From Octopus vulgaris (lineage: Eukaryota): a DNA stretch of 64,000 nt. Below the pieces are notes generated by a model that did not search any database, had not been told where the DNA came from, and was given only the letters and a program-made list of their open reading frames with translations. The stretch lies in the NCBI GenBank assembly GCA_951406725.2, contig OX597839.1, positions 11,594,001 through 11,658,000 on the forward strand, given 5' to 3'. The position numbers and the translations under genes were made by a program. Position 1 is the stretch's first letter; each line of letters starts with the position of its first letter. Positions 39,928 through 55,203 of the stretch are shown in pieces.

Positions 39928-39940
39928 GTATATATATATG

Positions 39941-39978
<38 letters not shown>

Positions 39979-40745
39979 TATATGTATATATTTGTATGTA
40001 TATATATCTATGTATATATATATATATAATATATATATGTTTGTGTATATAGGTGTGTATGGCTATTGTGTCTATAAGTGAGTATTAAAACAACCAAGAC
40101 TGGGGTGGGAGGGTATTACAATCTGAAATATTTTACAGCTGGCAACAAGTGAGATGGGTGGTGGGCTCATTCATGTCTGTTGATCTAACCCCACTTAAAT
40201 ACGCCAGCCCCCCTCCCCCTCCTTGCATTTCCCCCACCCCACCCATCCCCGTCTCCTGCCTATCCTTGAGTGTTATGTAGGTATTGTTGAGTGAAAAGCT
40301 TCACTGCCATCACTTACATTCACAGCTGGCACTCAGCCAGTTCTTTCTTTTGTGTGTGTGTGTATGTGTGTTTTATTATTATAGTTTATAATAGTCACTA
40401 CAAACACACTGCTGAAACAGCTGCTCCTCCCACCACCCTTTCCTTCTTGCCCTCTACCCTCTTTCTAATTTCCATATATATATATGTATAATAATATTAA
40501 TAATAAAGAAAAGCATTTGAATATGTGCTATAATTAGTTTCATGCTTCTGAAAATATAATGGTTGGACAAAATGCTTAGTAGTATTTCTTCTTGCTCTTC
40601 ACATTCCTAAGTTCAAATTCCACTGTAGTCAACTTTATCTTTTAGCCTTCCAGGGTTGAATTGATCAACAAAACTGCTGGCCTTAATGCCAAAAATTAGA
40701 AATAGGATAAAGAATCCTTCTCAAGTTCCTTGGACTCATAAAGTT

Positions 40746-41054
40746 GTGGAGGCACATGACCTAGTGGTTAGAGCAGCATGCACACGATCGAAAGATCGCG
40801 GGTTCGAATCTCAGACCGGGCGATGTGTGTGTTTATGAGCAAAAACACCTAAGCTCCACACGGCTCCGGCAGAAGGTAATGGCGAAACTTCTGCTGATAC
40901 TTTCGCAACAACTTTCTCTCACTCTTTCTTCCTGCATCTTACAGCTCACCTGCGACGGACCGGCGTCCCATCCAAGTGGGGAACCTATACGCCAAGAAAC
41001 CGGGAAGCCGGCCCTTATGAGCCAGGCATGGCTCGAGAAGGCACAAACAACAAC
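40746..41054 (+). mobile_element. tRNA-derived SINE family D; second copy at 60040-60331 (-)
   Basis: Head TGACCTAGTGGTTAGAGC...GGTTCGAATC and (AAC)n tail. The two copies align end to end. Confidence 0.8.
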
Positions 41055-41758
41055 ACAGTAGACACTCAGGCATCGATTAATGATGGCCAGCCATCGCCAT
41101 GTGAGATTTCTGAAACATCAATTGGTGTCCACCAGTTAAGGGTTAACTTGGATTAATTAAAACAGAAATTCTCTGTAATTAAAATACTTTAGCCTAAAAG
41201 GCTTCAACAAGATTTTCACTATCACTAGCTAGCTATGCAATTGCTGATTTCTCTGTTTAACATCAATACTTCTAATATCTATTTTTCCCTTGTGACACTT
41301 TCTCTGCTAATGAGATTAGTAATTCACTTAATGAATTTGCCTCGTCATTTAAATAGTCTGTTCAATAGATTTACTCAAGCCTGACTATATATTAATAATT
41401 TGATGCAGCAGATTATTATTATTATTATTATTATTATTATGTTTGGTTTGTTAGAACTCTGAATTAACTTCCTCTACACATTAATAATAAATTTCTGATG
41501 CGTTGTTTTGTTTCAGTGCTAGACAGTACTACAGAATATATGTGTGTGTGTTTATGTATATATATATATACATATGGATGTGTGTGTGTGTGTATATATA
41601 TATATGTGTATGTATATATATATTTATGTGTGTATATGTATGTATACATACATTTATGTGTTTGTATATGTATATATACATACATTTGTGTGTTTGTATA
41701 TATATATATATGTACGTTTGTGTGTGTGTGTATATATATACACACACATTTATGTATG

Positions 41759-41854
<96 letters not shown>

Positions 41855-42068
41855 TATATACACACACACATACATACACAAATATTTACAAGAGGCTTCT
41901 TTCAGTTTCTGTCTACCAAATCCACTCACAAGGCTTTGGTTGACCCAAGGCTATAGCAGAAGACACTTGCCCAAGGTGCCATGCAGTGAGACTGAACCCG
42001 CAACCATGTATATTTATGTGTGTGTGTGTTTATGTATGTATATATACATCTATGCTTATGTGTGTATG

Positions 42069-42099
<31 letters not shown>

Positions 42100-42561
42100 T
42101 TGTGTGTATGCATTCGTATATATATATATATACACACATTTGTGTGTGTGTATACACACACACACACACACATTTATGTATTTGTATATATGTGAGTGTG
42201 TGTGTGTTTATGGATGCATAGGCACAGGCATGGCTGGATGGAAATCAATTACACAGAGCCTTTGTGAACTAGAAGCAGGAATGAGCTAGACTTAGTAACA
42301 GTTTGGGTTTATTATAAGCAGTTTCTCCATGGCTGATTGAAGATAGCAATCAGTGATGCATAGAAACTATAGACTGGTTCGTCCATCTTTTTTTCTCTCC
42401 AGGAAAAAAAAATATATTGTACTGGGTGGGCCAAAAGTTACACACCAAAACATTTCGACATTTCATTTGTATTATGTCATCGTTATTAAGCTGGCAGAAT
42501 CATTAACATGATGGGCAAAATGCTTGGTATTTTTTGTTTGTCTTTATGTTCTGAGTTCAAA

Positions 42562-42983
42562 CACCAAACATCAAGAATTTGTCTTATGAAGAAAGGCTGA
42601 AGACGCTCGACCTTTATTCCCTAGAAAAACGCCGCCGCTGTGGTGATCTCATTCTCGCTCATAACATCATAAGCGGAAAGTGTAACCTCTCGAAAGAGCT
42701 GTTCTTCACTCCTGCTCCAGAGCGTCGGCTGCGGGGTCATTCCGAAAAGTTCTATCTGCGACGATTTCATCTCAATCGAAGGAGAGGGGCTTTCTACGTC
42801 CGGGTTGCGGATCCGTGGAACAAGCTGCCAGACGAGATGGTGAAGATGCCGACGACCGCTTTGTTCAAAGGCTCCCTTGACCTCAAGTGGCCTGAACTCT
42901 TTACATGAACACCACCCTGTACATAACTCCATGTCCCCCTATATGGCCTTGCTTTTTGAGCCAAAAATTAACTAACTAACTAA
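42562..42983 (+). mobile_element. 5'-truncated CR1-clade LINE (ORF2 C-terminus, 3' UTR and (TAAC)n tail), inserted into a family-B SINE
   Basis: ORF 42579-42908 reads SYEERLKTLDLYSLEKRRRCGDLI...LRGH...F.VRVADPWNKLP...FK..LD, the typical CR1/L2-group ORF2 tail. TAAC tandem tail at 42968-42983. SINE halves lie on both sides. Confidence 0.9.
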
Positions 42984-43112
42984 CCACCGTGGTGAACTTT
43001 GCCTTTTCATCCTTTCAAGTTCAGTGAAATAAGTATGTGTTGGGTACCGAGCTCCATGTAATTGACTTATCCTCTACCCCAAAATTGCTGTCCTTGTGCC
43101 AAAATTTGAAAC

Positions 43113-43154
<42 letters not shown>

Positions 43155-43393
43155 TTTTGGTCATCATGTAGAAGTGTGTGTGTGTGTGTAATTCCTTATG
43201 AGTACATTCTGAGTGGTTGGTATTAGGAAAGGCATCTGGCTGTAGAAACCAAGCCAAAATGGCACTTGGTGTGGGCCCTGGCCTTGCTAGTTCCTATCAA
43301 GCCTAGTCACTTAGTCATGTGCCTCCACATGTGTTTGTGTGTGTGTATATATATATATATATATAATGTATGTGTGTATATATAGTGTGTGTG

Positions 43394-43445
<52 letters not shown>

Positions 43446-44276
43446 GATTTTGTAAATTCAAGCTTCCTTATTTGTCTCAACACAGTTGTATCTTGGATTT
43501 GTAATTCACTCGTTTACACACAAAAAAGTGGGCGGCAGGGCGGGGGGAAGGCCATTTGCCATTCTATATCTTGGCACTACTTGTATGCAGAAGTGGTTGG
43601 CCTGAGCACTTGTACCATGGTATCATGTTAGTCCTAAACACAATATTGTTAACCAATTACATCTGGTTCATCTAAATACAGCGTTTCAATTGACCTTTTT
43701 GTCCGTATAATCCACAGATTAAATGAACATAGAGGCTGATCTAAAGACCGTATTTGTAACATTATAACTTCCCTGTGTCATTGTGATATGCATTATGTTA
43801 CATGTTGTCTGTTTAAATGCTTGTTCTGCTTGAATTTCTTACGTTGTTGGGTCATTCAGAATGCTTTATTAGTCTATGTAATCAGTTTAAACATGAGACG
43901 ACAATATCAGGTTGGTTTAAACTCTGTGTGTTTGGTGGTGGTGGTCGTCGTGGTGGGCAGGTTTTGCTGCATAACATCCATTGTAGCCTTTTGCAAACAC
44001 AGAAGAAACTGCTATTTATGCTTTTTTATATTTATTTCTTGAGCTGTCAGAATTTTTGTTACTCTTCGACAACCTGGCTCGACTCCACTTTCTATATATA
44101 TATACACACTCACACACACACACACATGTGCATGCGTATTTATATACATAGAGATTGACGAATGTATATATGTATTTATACTTATACAGAAACACACACA
44201 CATATATATATATATATACTCACACACACACACACATACATGAGTGAATTTGGCAGAGGGAAACTGAAAGAAACCT

Positions 44277-44339
<63 letters not shown>

Positions 44340-44345
<6 letters not shown>

Positions 44346-44706
44346 TAAAATCCATTCTGTCTGTGTGTGTGTCTTCTAAGATCTCGGGCATCCTCCATCC
44401 GATTGCACTCAAATTTGATATGTAGATACCGAAGGTATCAGGGCATGTATAAGCCTTGAAAAATTACAAAAATCGATTCCAGGTGAGAATGCGATCAATA
44501 AAGCCGTGCATTTGTAAAATCGTTTTTCTTGGAATAGAAAAAAGTCTATCTTTATTTCTTCTTTTGCTGGTGTCTCAAGTTTAAGTTAAATCAGTGTTTC
44601 TCAAAGGGGAGTCCTGTGGGACGGTCAGACAAGTTGTTTTGAGAAAATTTGGTTTAAATGTTTGACAACTCAGCACTGTCCCTTGGATGAGGGGGCGTTT
44701 TGCTCG
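44340..44706 (+). mobile_element. Non-autonomous Helitron-like element; 5' fragment also at 59051-59201 (-)
   Basis: The 59 kb copy starts A|TCTATTATATAAAATCCGTTCTGTCTG. The 44 kb copy ends in an imperfect GC-rich hairpin (about 44678-44696) followed by CTCG|T, one mismatch from CTAG. No TIR or TSD is visible. Confidence 0.6.
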
Positions 44707-45328
44707 TGTGTATATATATATATACATATAGATAGATAGATAGATAGATCTATGTATATATCTTTGTGTCTGTGTTTTTTCCCACTACTGCTTTACAATC
44801 AGTGGTGTAGGTGTTTTTGCATCACTATAACTTGGCAGTTCAGCAAAAGAGACTGATACAATAAGGACCACACCTAAAAACACAAATAAAGATAATTACT
44901 GGAGTTGATTTGTTCAACTAAAATTCAAGGCAGTATTCCAGCATGGCCACAATGATTGAAACAAGTAAAAGAATAATTTTTTTAAAAAAAGCATGTTTGC
45001 ATGTATATACACATACGCACACGTGTATATAATTAGTCTGAACACAACAACTAAGTCAGATTGTTTTTTGAACAGTGTACATACATATGAAATAGCGGGT
45101 GTATATATGTTATATATAATCATTTAAAAAAACTATGCTGCTGTGTTGGGACATCATAAACACCATGTTAATAATCAATTTAATCTTAAAATAAATTAAC
45201 TGATTCTAATCATTCCCTAGTCTCTAGCCAACCTATCTTGTTCACATCAACTGTTATAGACTGGTGTGTCAGCTATGAAATAGTATAGCTATTACTAACA
45301 TAGCAATACTGCTCCTCAAATTCCTGTC

Positions 45329-45370
<42 letters not shown>

Positions 45371-46722
45371 GGCCCAAATTAATGCATACATTTGCACATT
45401 CCTTTTTAACTCTGAACATTCTATACGCATACCGTTTGTGCAAATGTCGCTGTGTTGTATTTATAAATATGCATGTGTGCACCAGTTGAATGTATTTATG
45501 GGTGTGAATATATTCACGGACACACTGACATATAGAAACGCCTTTGTAGGCACAGGCTTGGCTGGGTGATAAGACTCTTGCTTCACAACCTCATGGTTCC
45601 AGGTTCACTCCCACTGTGTGGCACTTGCGCAAATGTCTTCTACTATAGCCACAAACTGACTAAAGCCTTGTGAGTGGATTTTGTAGATGGAAACTGAAAG
45701 AAGCATATTTTATATATATATAAAATACATAGCATGGCAGTTACTAGCGTCGAGTTACTAGTTCGAGCGTGGCAGTTACTAGCATCGCCTGACTGGTGTC
45801 CGTGTCGGTGACACGTAAAAGCACCAACCAATCGTGGCCATTTGCCAGCCTGCTCTGGCTCCTGTGCCGGTGGCATGTAAAAAACACCCACTACACCTAC
45901 GGAGTGGTTGGCGTTAGGAAGGGCATCCAGCTGTAGAAACACTGCCAAATCAGACTAGAGCCTGGTGCAGCCTCCTGGCTTACCAGACCCCAGTCGAACC
46001 GTCCAACCCATGCTAGCATGGAAAACAGACGTTAAATGATGATGATGATATATAATCATTTAATGTCCATTGTCCATGCTGGCATGGGTTTGACGTTTTG
46101 ACCAGGGCTGGTAACCGAGGGGCTGCACCAGACTCCAGTCTGATATGGCATGGTTTCTATGGCTGGATGCCCTTTCTTATGCCAACCACTCCGAGAGTGT
46201 AATGGGTGCTTTTACATGTGTATGTGTGTTTGTGTTGATGTCACATAACAATAGTAGAATGGCTGTGACTATTATACAAGCAGTGTCATCCATTTCCAAT
46301 CATCTGTGAAAGCATGTTCGGCCATGGGGGAAATATTACCTTACTTGAAAATGGGTGAGAGCTGGTGACTAGAAGGGCACCTAGCCTTAGAAAATCTGCA
46401 TCAGTAAATTCTGTCCCACCCATACAAGCATGGTAAAGTGGACACTAAAACGATGCTGATAGACAGGACAGGGATGAAAGAGAACCTGTGTGAGAGGGCA
46501 GCAGAGAGGTATATTAAAAACTTATAAGGTGTGTATGCATATGTGCATGTTTTCTGGGTCGTTTTTGACAGTATAATCTCACTTATACTAATCTATCAAC
46601 ACACACACACACATAAACATAAACAAACTTAATGAAAATATCTATGAAACACTAGATACATGCACACACTCTTTACATAGTCTTTTATACAGTTTCTCTC
46701 ATTCTCACAACCATGCACTCAA

Positions 46723-46775
<53 letters not shown>

Positions 46776-47089
46776 CTCACGGAGTGGTTGGCATTAGGAG
46801 GGGCATCCAGCTGTAGAAACACTGCCAGATCAGACTGGGCCTGGTGCAGCCTCCTGGCTTCCCAGACCCCAGTCGAACCGTCCAACCCATGCTAGCATAG
46901 AAAGTGGACATTAACGATGCTGATGATATATATTTATATATATATTATACGAGTATGTTGTTGACAGTGACTTTAAAGTTTCAGCCATCTAAGCAATCTT
47001 CAGACTGTAATGCAATGGAGTTAGTTTAGCCTTTATATAATCTCGGTTGAGTCAAAAATCATCTTTGTGGGGTGTGGGTTTTATATGTG

Positions 47090-47128
<39 letters not shown>

Positions 47129-47455
47129 ATGTATATATATATATATATATATGTGTATATGTATATATATGTGTATATGTATATATGTATATGTATATAT
47201 GTATATGTATATATATATATGTATATATGTATATATATATATATATATATATACATATATATGTGTATGTATATGTATATATGTATATGTATATATGTAT
47301 ATATATATATGTATATATATATATGTATATATGTATATGTATATATGTATATATATATATGTATATATATATATGTATATATATGTATATATATATATGT
47401 ATATGTATGTATATATGTATATGTATATATGTATATGTATGTATATATGTATATG

Positions 47456-47486
<31 letters not shown>

Positions 47487-48909
47487 GTATATATATATGT
47501 ATATGTATATATATATGTATATGTATATGTATATATATATATGTATATGTATATGTATATATATATATGTATATATATATCTGTACATATATATATACAT
47601 GCATACATACACACTCATGTGATCATATACACTTTTTGCCTGCTTGTTTCTCTCGTATTCTAACACACAAACGCACACAACCAAGTAAATGTTGAAGCTT
47701 TGGTTTTTCTCAGAGTATACAGTTACCTTACTTAATTCCTTATTAATCCCGGGATTACCAAGGATTACATATCAAATTGTGTGTTAAATAAACTGTCTAC
47801 AGTTATACTACACTCTAACTCCATAGATTAATGTATTATATCTTAACTCCTATTTACTCTGTGCTCTATTAATATCTACTATCCAGCAAAATAGTTCTTC
47901 ACTATTAATTTACACACACACAGACGTGTGTGTTTATATAAAGTCTTTAAAAAAATCAGGAAAAATCTCTCAAACCCACAAGTTTTTATGGTTTGAGCTT
48001 TTCTCAGTTTATGAGGCATTTAAGTGACTAAGAGGTGAGTGTGTGGTACCTGGGGCAGGAGTCTTTTAGTATAGCTCCAGGCCAGCTGAAGCCTTGGCAG
48101 TGGATTTGGTAGGCAGAAACCAAAAGAAGTCAATCTATTTCTTTACTACCCACAAGGGGCTACACACACAGGGGACAAACAAGGACAGACAAACGGATTA
48201 AGTTGATTGACCCCAGTGCGTTACTGGTACTTATTTAATCGACCCCGAAAGGATGAAAGGCAAAGTTGACCTCGGCGGAATTTGAACTCAGAACATAGTG
48301 GCAGACGAAATACCGCAAAGCATTTCGCCCGGCATGCTAACGTTTCTGCCAGCTCACCGCCTTTTCGAATATACATATTTATACATGTATACCACTTGAC
48401 AACCAGTGTTGGTGTGCTTATGTCCCTGTAACTTAATGGTTTGACAAAAGAGACTAATAGAATAAGTACCAGGTTTAAAATGTGATATTGAGTCAACTTG
48501 TTCAATCAAACTTTTTCGTGGTTGATCCTCAGCATCCTCTCAGTCACATGACTGATACAAGTAAAAGATAAAAGATGCTTATATCCCCCTGTATTAAGCA
48601 AACTATTGGATGTTATATACTGCTGATCACAATGCTCTTCTTCACATCGTTGTGGCTTTGAAATAATGCCACTCCACAGGCTAGGGGTGTAGGCCAACAT
48701 TTCCCCTGAACAGAACTCCAGTCCATCACAGGGCTGCCCCCATTTACTGCTAGGTGCACAAGGGCAATGTAAAATGAAGTGTTTTGCTCGACATCATAAT
48801 GCACCACCTGGTCTGAGAATCGAAACCATGATCTTGGTATCATGAGTGTAACACCCTAACCACTTGGCCACATGCCTTCACATACATACACACACACACA
48901 CACACATAC

Positions 48910-48945
<36 letters not shown>

Positions 48946-50661
48946 CTCACCCTTTCTTCCTGTTTCTGTTGTACCTGTATTTGAAAGGGCCAGCCTTGTC
49001 ACACTGACTCTACCCCCCCCCCCCCCGAGATCTACATTAAGGGTACACGTGTCTGTGGAGTACTCAGCCACTTGCACATTAATTTCACAAGCAGGCTGTT
49101 CCATTGATTGGATCATCGCCATAATCAATGGAGTGCCACAATGATATATATATATATAAGGCGAGCTGGCAGAAACGTTAGCACGCCGGGCGAAATGCGT
49201 AGCCGTATTTTGTCTGCCGCTACGTTCAGAGTTCAAATTCTGCCGAGGTCGACTTTGCCTTTCATCCTTTCGAGGTCGATTAAATAAGTACCAGTTACGC
49301 ACTGGGGTCGATGTAATCGACTTTATCCGTTTATCTGTCTTTGTTTGTCCCCTCTGTGTTTAGCCCCTTGTGGGTAGTAAAGAAAGAGATATATATATGT
49401 ATATATAACCAGTTGTTACATATACTCTTAAATTTATTATATACACTGTACTGCTAACTAGTATATTTTCTGTTTGCTGTTGTATATTCTGAAATCTATA
49501 AATATACTATATAACTAAAAGTGAACTAATATATACACTACAGCATAAGTATTTGCTAATTCAGTTCTTTTGTGTTGGTTCTTCTGTTTAATGATAATAA
49601 TTAAATATTAACTCACACATTAGTTTTTTACACTTTAATATACCAAGGTATATTCTGCTGTGGTTGGTTTTGCTTTTCGTACTTTCAGAATTGATAAAAT
49701 AAGTACCAGCTTCAATACTGGGGTCGATGTAATCAACTCAACCCCCTGCCCTGAAATTGCTGGCCTTGTGCCAAACTTTGAATATACCAATATACCAAGT
49801 TAATTATATACTGTTTAATGAGGTGGCGAGCTGGCAGAAACGTTAGCGCGCCGGGTGAAATACTTAGCGGTATTTCGTCTGTCGTTACGTTCTGAGTTCA
49901 AATTCCGCTGAGGTCTACTTTGCCTTTCATCCTCTAGGGGTCGATAAATAAAGTACCAGTTTCGCACTGGGTCGATGTAATCGACTTAATCCCTGTCTCT
50001 GTCCTTGTTTGTCCCCTCTATGTTTAGCCCCTTGTGGGTAGTAAAGAAATATATATACTGTATAATGGGTGTAGGCACAATGTGTATATGTATATTACTC
50101 ATATCTTTGTGCACATAATACATTGTATGTGTATATGGAGAGATATGTATACACACTCTCTGGTGGCTGTGTTAACCAAGAAACTCCTGTGATTAAGCAG
50201 GGTAGTGAGTAAAAGCACTTCGCTAAATAAGTGCTTTATAAAGGTTTCACCTTCAGCACTTCCTGTTTTGCTACAACACATACTTATATGAATTGTTAGC
50301 ATGTTGGCAAAATGCTTAGCAGTGTTTCATCTGCCATTACGTTGTGAGTTCAAATTCCGCCGAGGTCGACTTTGCCTTTCATCCTTTCGGGGGCGATAAA
50401 ATAAGTACCAGTTACTCACTGGGGTCGATGTAATCGACTTGATCCATTTGTTTGTCCTCTCTGTGTTTAGCCCCTTGTGGGTAGTTAAGAAATAAGTATT
50501 TTGTCTGTTGCTACATTATGAGTTCAAATTCCACTGCGGTTAACTTTGCTTTTCATCCTTTCAGGGTCAATAAATTTAGTACCAGTCAAGTACTGGGGTC
50601 AATGTGATCTGTTGTCCCCTTCCTCACAAAAATCCAGGCCTTGTGCCTATAGTAGCAAGGA

Positions 50662-50706
<45 letters not shown>

Positions 50707-52093
50707 GAACAATAGGGTCCATTAAAAGGATCCTCTTATAAACCTGAACCCATGACCTCACATCTAAATGCTTCCTTAAGTGGTTAACTGTATATCAAAG
50801 ATTGACAATTATTAATTGGAACTAGGTATATGCCTGTGTTGTTATTAGGCTTTATATAGGAGTCGTTATTAAATCTAATCCACTAATAACATATTATTAA
50901 GTAATAAAACTTGTAAGGAATCTGCCGAGATTGTATATAAAGTCATATATATTTTTATATATATGTATATATATTTCTGTGTAGTATATTAACATAGCTG
51001 TCTTCTATTAAACTGCACGTAACTACTGACTCGCTCACCTACCTACATAGCTGCTGCATTACCTTCCTGCATACCTAGAATAGGTAATGCACCTCCGAGA
51101 TTAATAATATATTAGGTTTGTAGCTGGCTACATTAACTATTAAAAGTATCTCAAGTTATTTATTCAGCTGTGTGTTAACTAGTAAGACCGAGATTAACCG
51201 TGTATTGTGTTACAAAGTACATGTTAACTAATATTGAGTGCTGGTTATTATTACGCTCAATAGCGTAATAGTAATATGTATGTAGTATATAAGCTGTGTA
51301 GTGTGCACGTGCACACACACACCACACCACACAAATATGTTTTATCCTTTACTTGTTTCAGTTAGTTGACTGCGGCCATGCTGGAACAACACCTTGATTT
51401 TTTTTTTTTTTTTTCCTTTTAGTCAAATGAATCAACCACTGTACTCCCCCTTTTTTTAAAGCCTGGTATTTACTGTATAGGTGTCTTTTGTGTTTAAGTC
51501 CCTACTAAATTACGGGGACTTAAACACACCAGCACTGGTTATTATCAAGTAGTAGTGGGGGAGAAACTCAGACACAAAGATAAAAACATATACACACGCA
51601 TATATATATACATGCATACACACACACACACACATATATATATATACATAATAATAATTTTCTTTCAGTTTCTATCAACCAAATCCAATCACAAGACTAT
51701 AATCTCAACCTGAGATTATAGTGGAAGGCACTTGCCCAAGGTGCCATGCAGTGGGACTGAACCTAGAACCCTGTGATTGGGAGGCAAGCTTCTTACTACA
51801 CAGCCACATCAAAGCCTATGTATATATATGTATGTATATTTGTATATATATGTATGTATATATATATATATATGTATGTATATATATATGTATGTATATA
51901 TGTATATACATATGTATGTATATATGTGTATATATATATATGTATGTATATATGTATGTATATGTGTACATATATGTTTGTATGTGTGTATATTTGTTGG
52001 TATGTGTGTGTGTATGAGTGAAAGAATAGAAAGTGTATGTCAGCTATGTGGCTAACACCATTATCTAAGGAAGTTTCACTGGTGATCATTTAT

Positions 52094-52126
<33 letters not shown>

Positions 52127-52797
52127 TAAAGAATCCATGTGTAAGTGGCTGGTAGTTTACTCGCTATCTTATCTTATGAACATTAATAACATATAATCTG
52201 TGTATAGTTAACTACTTTAACAGATCTGATAAACTCACTAGATTATTAATCCTGTTTTGGAATCACAAGTATCCACAGAGCTGGTTCTTATCTCACTCCC
52301 CTTATCTGTATGTAGAACTAAGGCAGAGATAAACAAGAAACACACATACACATACCTACACATAACCCTCAGCCCTTCCCTGGGCCATCCATTGTGGTTG
52401 AAGTATGAGCTGCTCCCAGTTAACATGTTACATAACAAGCTATGTGTAGTGAAGGGATATATATATCTTCTGTATGGAAAATATATTGTGAAGTCAGTCG
52501 TTAAGAGACATAGTAATAATAATAATAATAATAATAGTAATAATAATAATAATAATAGTAATAATAATGTGGTTAGATTTTTTTCGCAACTGAAGAAAAG
52601 AAAAACCATTGTAAGAGCAATGCTTTAAGAGTAACTCTGAAACCTGGCCAGCGTTTGGGTTCTGTGCTTCTTGGGAATTGGAATATCATATTAGCAGCCA
52701 GCTGGTGTTAACTGGGGGTTTCTTTTTTTTTGGGGGGGGGGCTTTTTTTCTCTAGTTAGTTTGTTTTTTTCCTCCTTGTATTGTGTTAACATCTTAG

Positions 52798-52884
<87 letters not shown>

Positions 52885-53040
52885 CATACATACACACACA
52901 CAATATATACTTTTGTAGCAACAAGAAATCTACTTGAAATATAAATACACACACACTCGCCTCTATTATATATATATATATATATAATTATAATAATAAT
53001 AATAATAATATGAGGGAATATTAATCCAAACTTGGCTTTT

Positions 53041-53118
<78 letters not shown>

Positions 53119-53195
53119 CATACACACATACACACACACAATATACACTTTTGTAGCAACAAGAAATCTACTTGAAACATAAAACACACACACTC

Positions 53196-53242
<47 letters not shown>

Positions 53243-53275
53243 TAAGAAAGTTTGTTTGGTAAAGCACGTGGGTGA

Positions 53276-53598
53276 ATATATAAGAAAATAGTAAAGTGTG
53301 AAAAACGACAGAAGGCTTAAATGTTAAAAGATATATATATTTGTCAAAATGTCTGGAGAATATTGGAAAAATTTTTTTTCCTTTCCTTAAAATGACATAA
53401 TTTTTAAATTTTTAAAGAAATTACCGGTTGAAAAGCTACACGCGAAACCGGTAATTTCTTTAAAAATTTAAAAATTATGTCATTTTAAGGAAAGGAAAAA
53501 AATTTTTCCAATATTCTCCAGACATTTTGAACAAATATATATATCTTTTAACATTTAACCTTCTGTCGTTTTTCACACTTTACTATTTTCTTATATAT
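53276..53598. repeat. Near-perfect inverted repeat, ~154-bp arms, 16-nt loop
   Basis: 53276-53429 matches the reverse complement of 53446-53598 with a few single-base indels. Confidence 0.93.
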
Positions 53599-53710
53599 AT
53601 ATATATATATACATACATACATATATACACACACACTCACACACACATACAGACACACCCATATACATATGAGTGTATATTTATATAAATAATATATAAA
53701 TACACACACT

Positions 53711-53763
<53 letters not shown>

Positions 53764-55203
53764 ATGCACATCATACATTACATACATGCATACTCTCTCT
53801 TCTTTCTCACACGTGCACACATGCACACTTTTTTTTCTAATTAACTTTTCCATGCTCTATGTATTAAATATGTCCACACCAACTTATCTGCATATACACA
53901 TAATGAAGTGTGCGTAGATAACTACATTATCTAATAAAAATTTGTAAAAGAAGAAGGGCCTGCCCTTCCCTCACAATGTCAAAACTCACTTCTCCTCACT
54001 TCACACAAGCTTATCTTCCTTTGCAAATATTTATTAACTAGGTTTTTCTTTTTGCATTTGCTTTCGTTTCTTTTTAGTATTTTCCCTCTGACGTAAACTA
54101 TCATCGCTCTGTTTCCTCGCACCTTCGTGTAATTTGGTTCGGCTCCACTTTATCTAATACGTTGTCCAGATTAATGGGGTATCATGTAGCTGTGATATAA
54201 TTATTACACTGCGTAGATTAATAAGGTATTACGTAGGGAAGCTGGGGCCTCCGAGAGAAGAATTTGGCAAGGAAGCCTAAGGCTGCTTTTCAAGGCCCTC
54301 TTGACATTGGTATACAAGGTGTAACTAATCATGAAGGGGAATCCTTACAAAATTCAAGGAATGTGTGTTGAGTTTTTTGTTTTTTAAGGAGAGGATTCAA
54401 TAGATAGCTACAAGCCTGCCTTTGGTCCTCCAGGCCCTCTCTCCCCACCCATGAACCAATGAACCCCCAACCACCCCATTTTATAGGCTCTGAGACCAGT
54501 AATACCCCAATTTCTTGCCAACACAAACCCATTTTTGCAAATCTGTAATCTACTGTGACCCCGCCCCTTTTTCTCTTCTCCCCCCACTTTCATATCACGT
54601 TGATTTTCAATAACAAATAGTATTTCAGAAATTCAATAAAATCAACATTTGACACTTAGCAAGATATTTTTTTTTTTTTTTAGTTTTTTACTTGTTTCAG
54701 TCATCAGTCTGTGGCCATGCTGGAGCACCACCCCGAAAGGTTTAGTTGAACAAAGCCATGCCAGTCCTTTTTTTTTTTTTTTGCTTTTGTTCTAAGCCTG
54801 ATACTTTTTCTATCAGTCTCTTTCTGTCGAATTGCTAAGTTATGGGGATGTAAACAAACCAACACCAGTTATCGGGGATAAACAAAATAATACACATATG
54901 ACAGGCTTCTTTCAGTTTCCTTTTACCAAAATTCATTCACAAGGCTTTTTAAATGTTGTCCAGGAGCTATAGAAGACATTGGCCCAATCTGGTTAAACTT
55001 TGTTTCTGATCCCTCCAGGGTACTAAAATTAATTCCAAGTAATGTCCATTCTAGGCTCGACTGGACCAGCTATAACACTCATTCCATTTCAGAATGTGTC
55101 CCTTTGTGCCAATGGGAGGAACCCCTAATATATTTTGTAGCAATGTGTATGGTAACGTTAATTTAGTAAAGCATTCTGTTGAATGGTGTGTATATCATAA
55201 CGC

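Noticed and set aside
38771-40820. Additional tRNA genes at SINE C and D heads
   Set aside because: A and B boxes are present, but the acceptor and anticodon stems do not close and the sequence continues into SINE bodies.
52800-53196. Small duplications at 52.8-53.2 kb, 55.6-55.7 kb, 58.76-58.94 kb and 28.2-28.3 kb
   Set aside because: These look like ordinary slippage duplications between microsatellites with no further structure.
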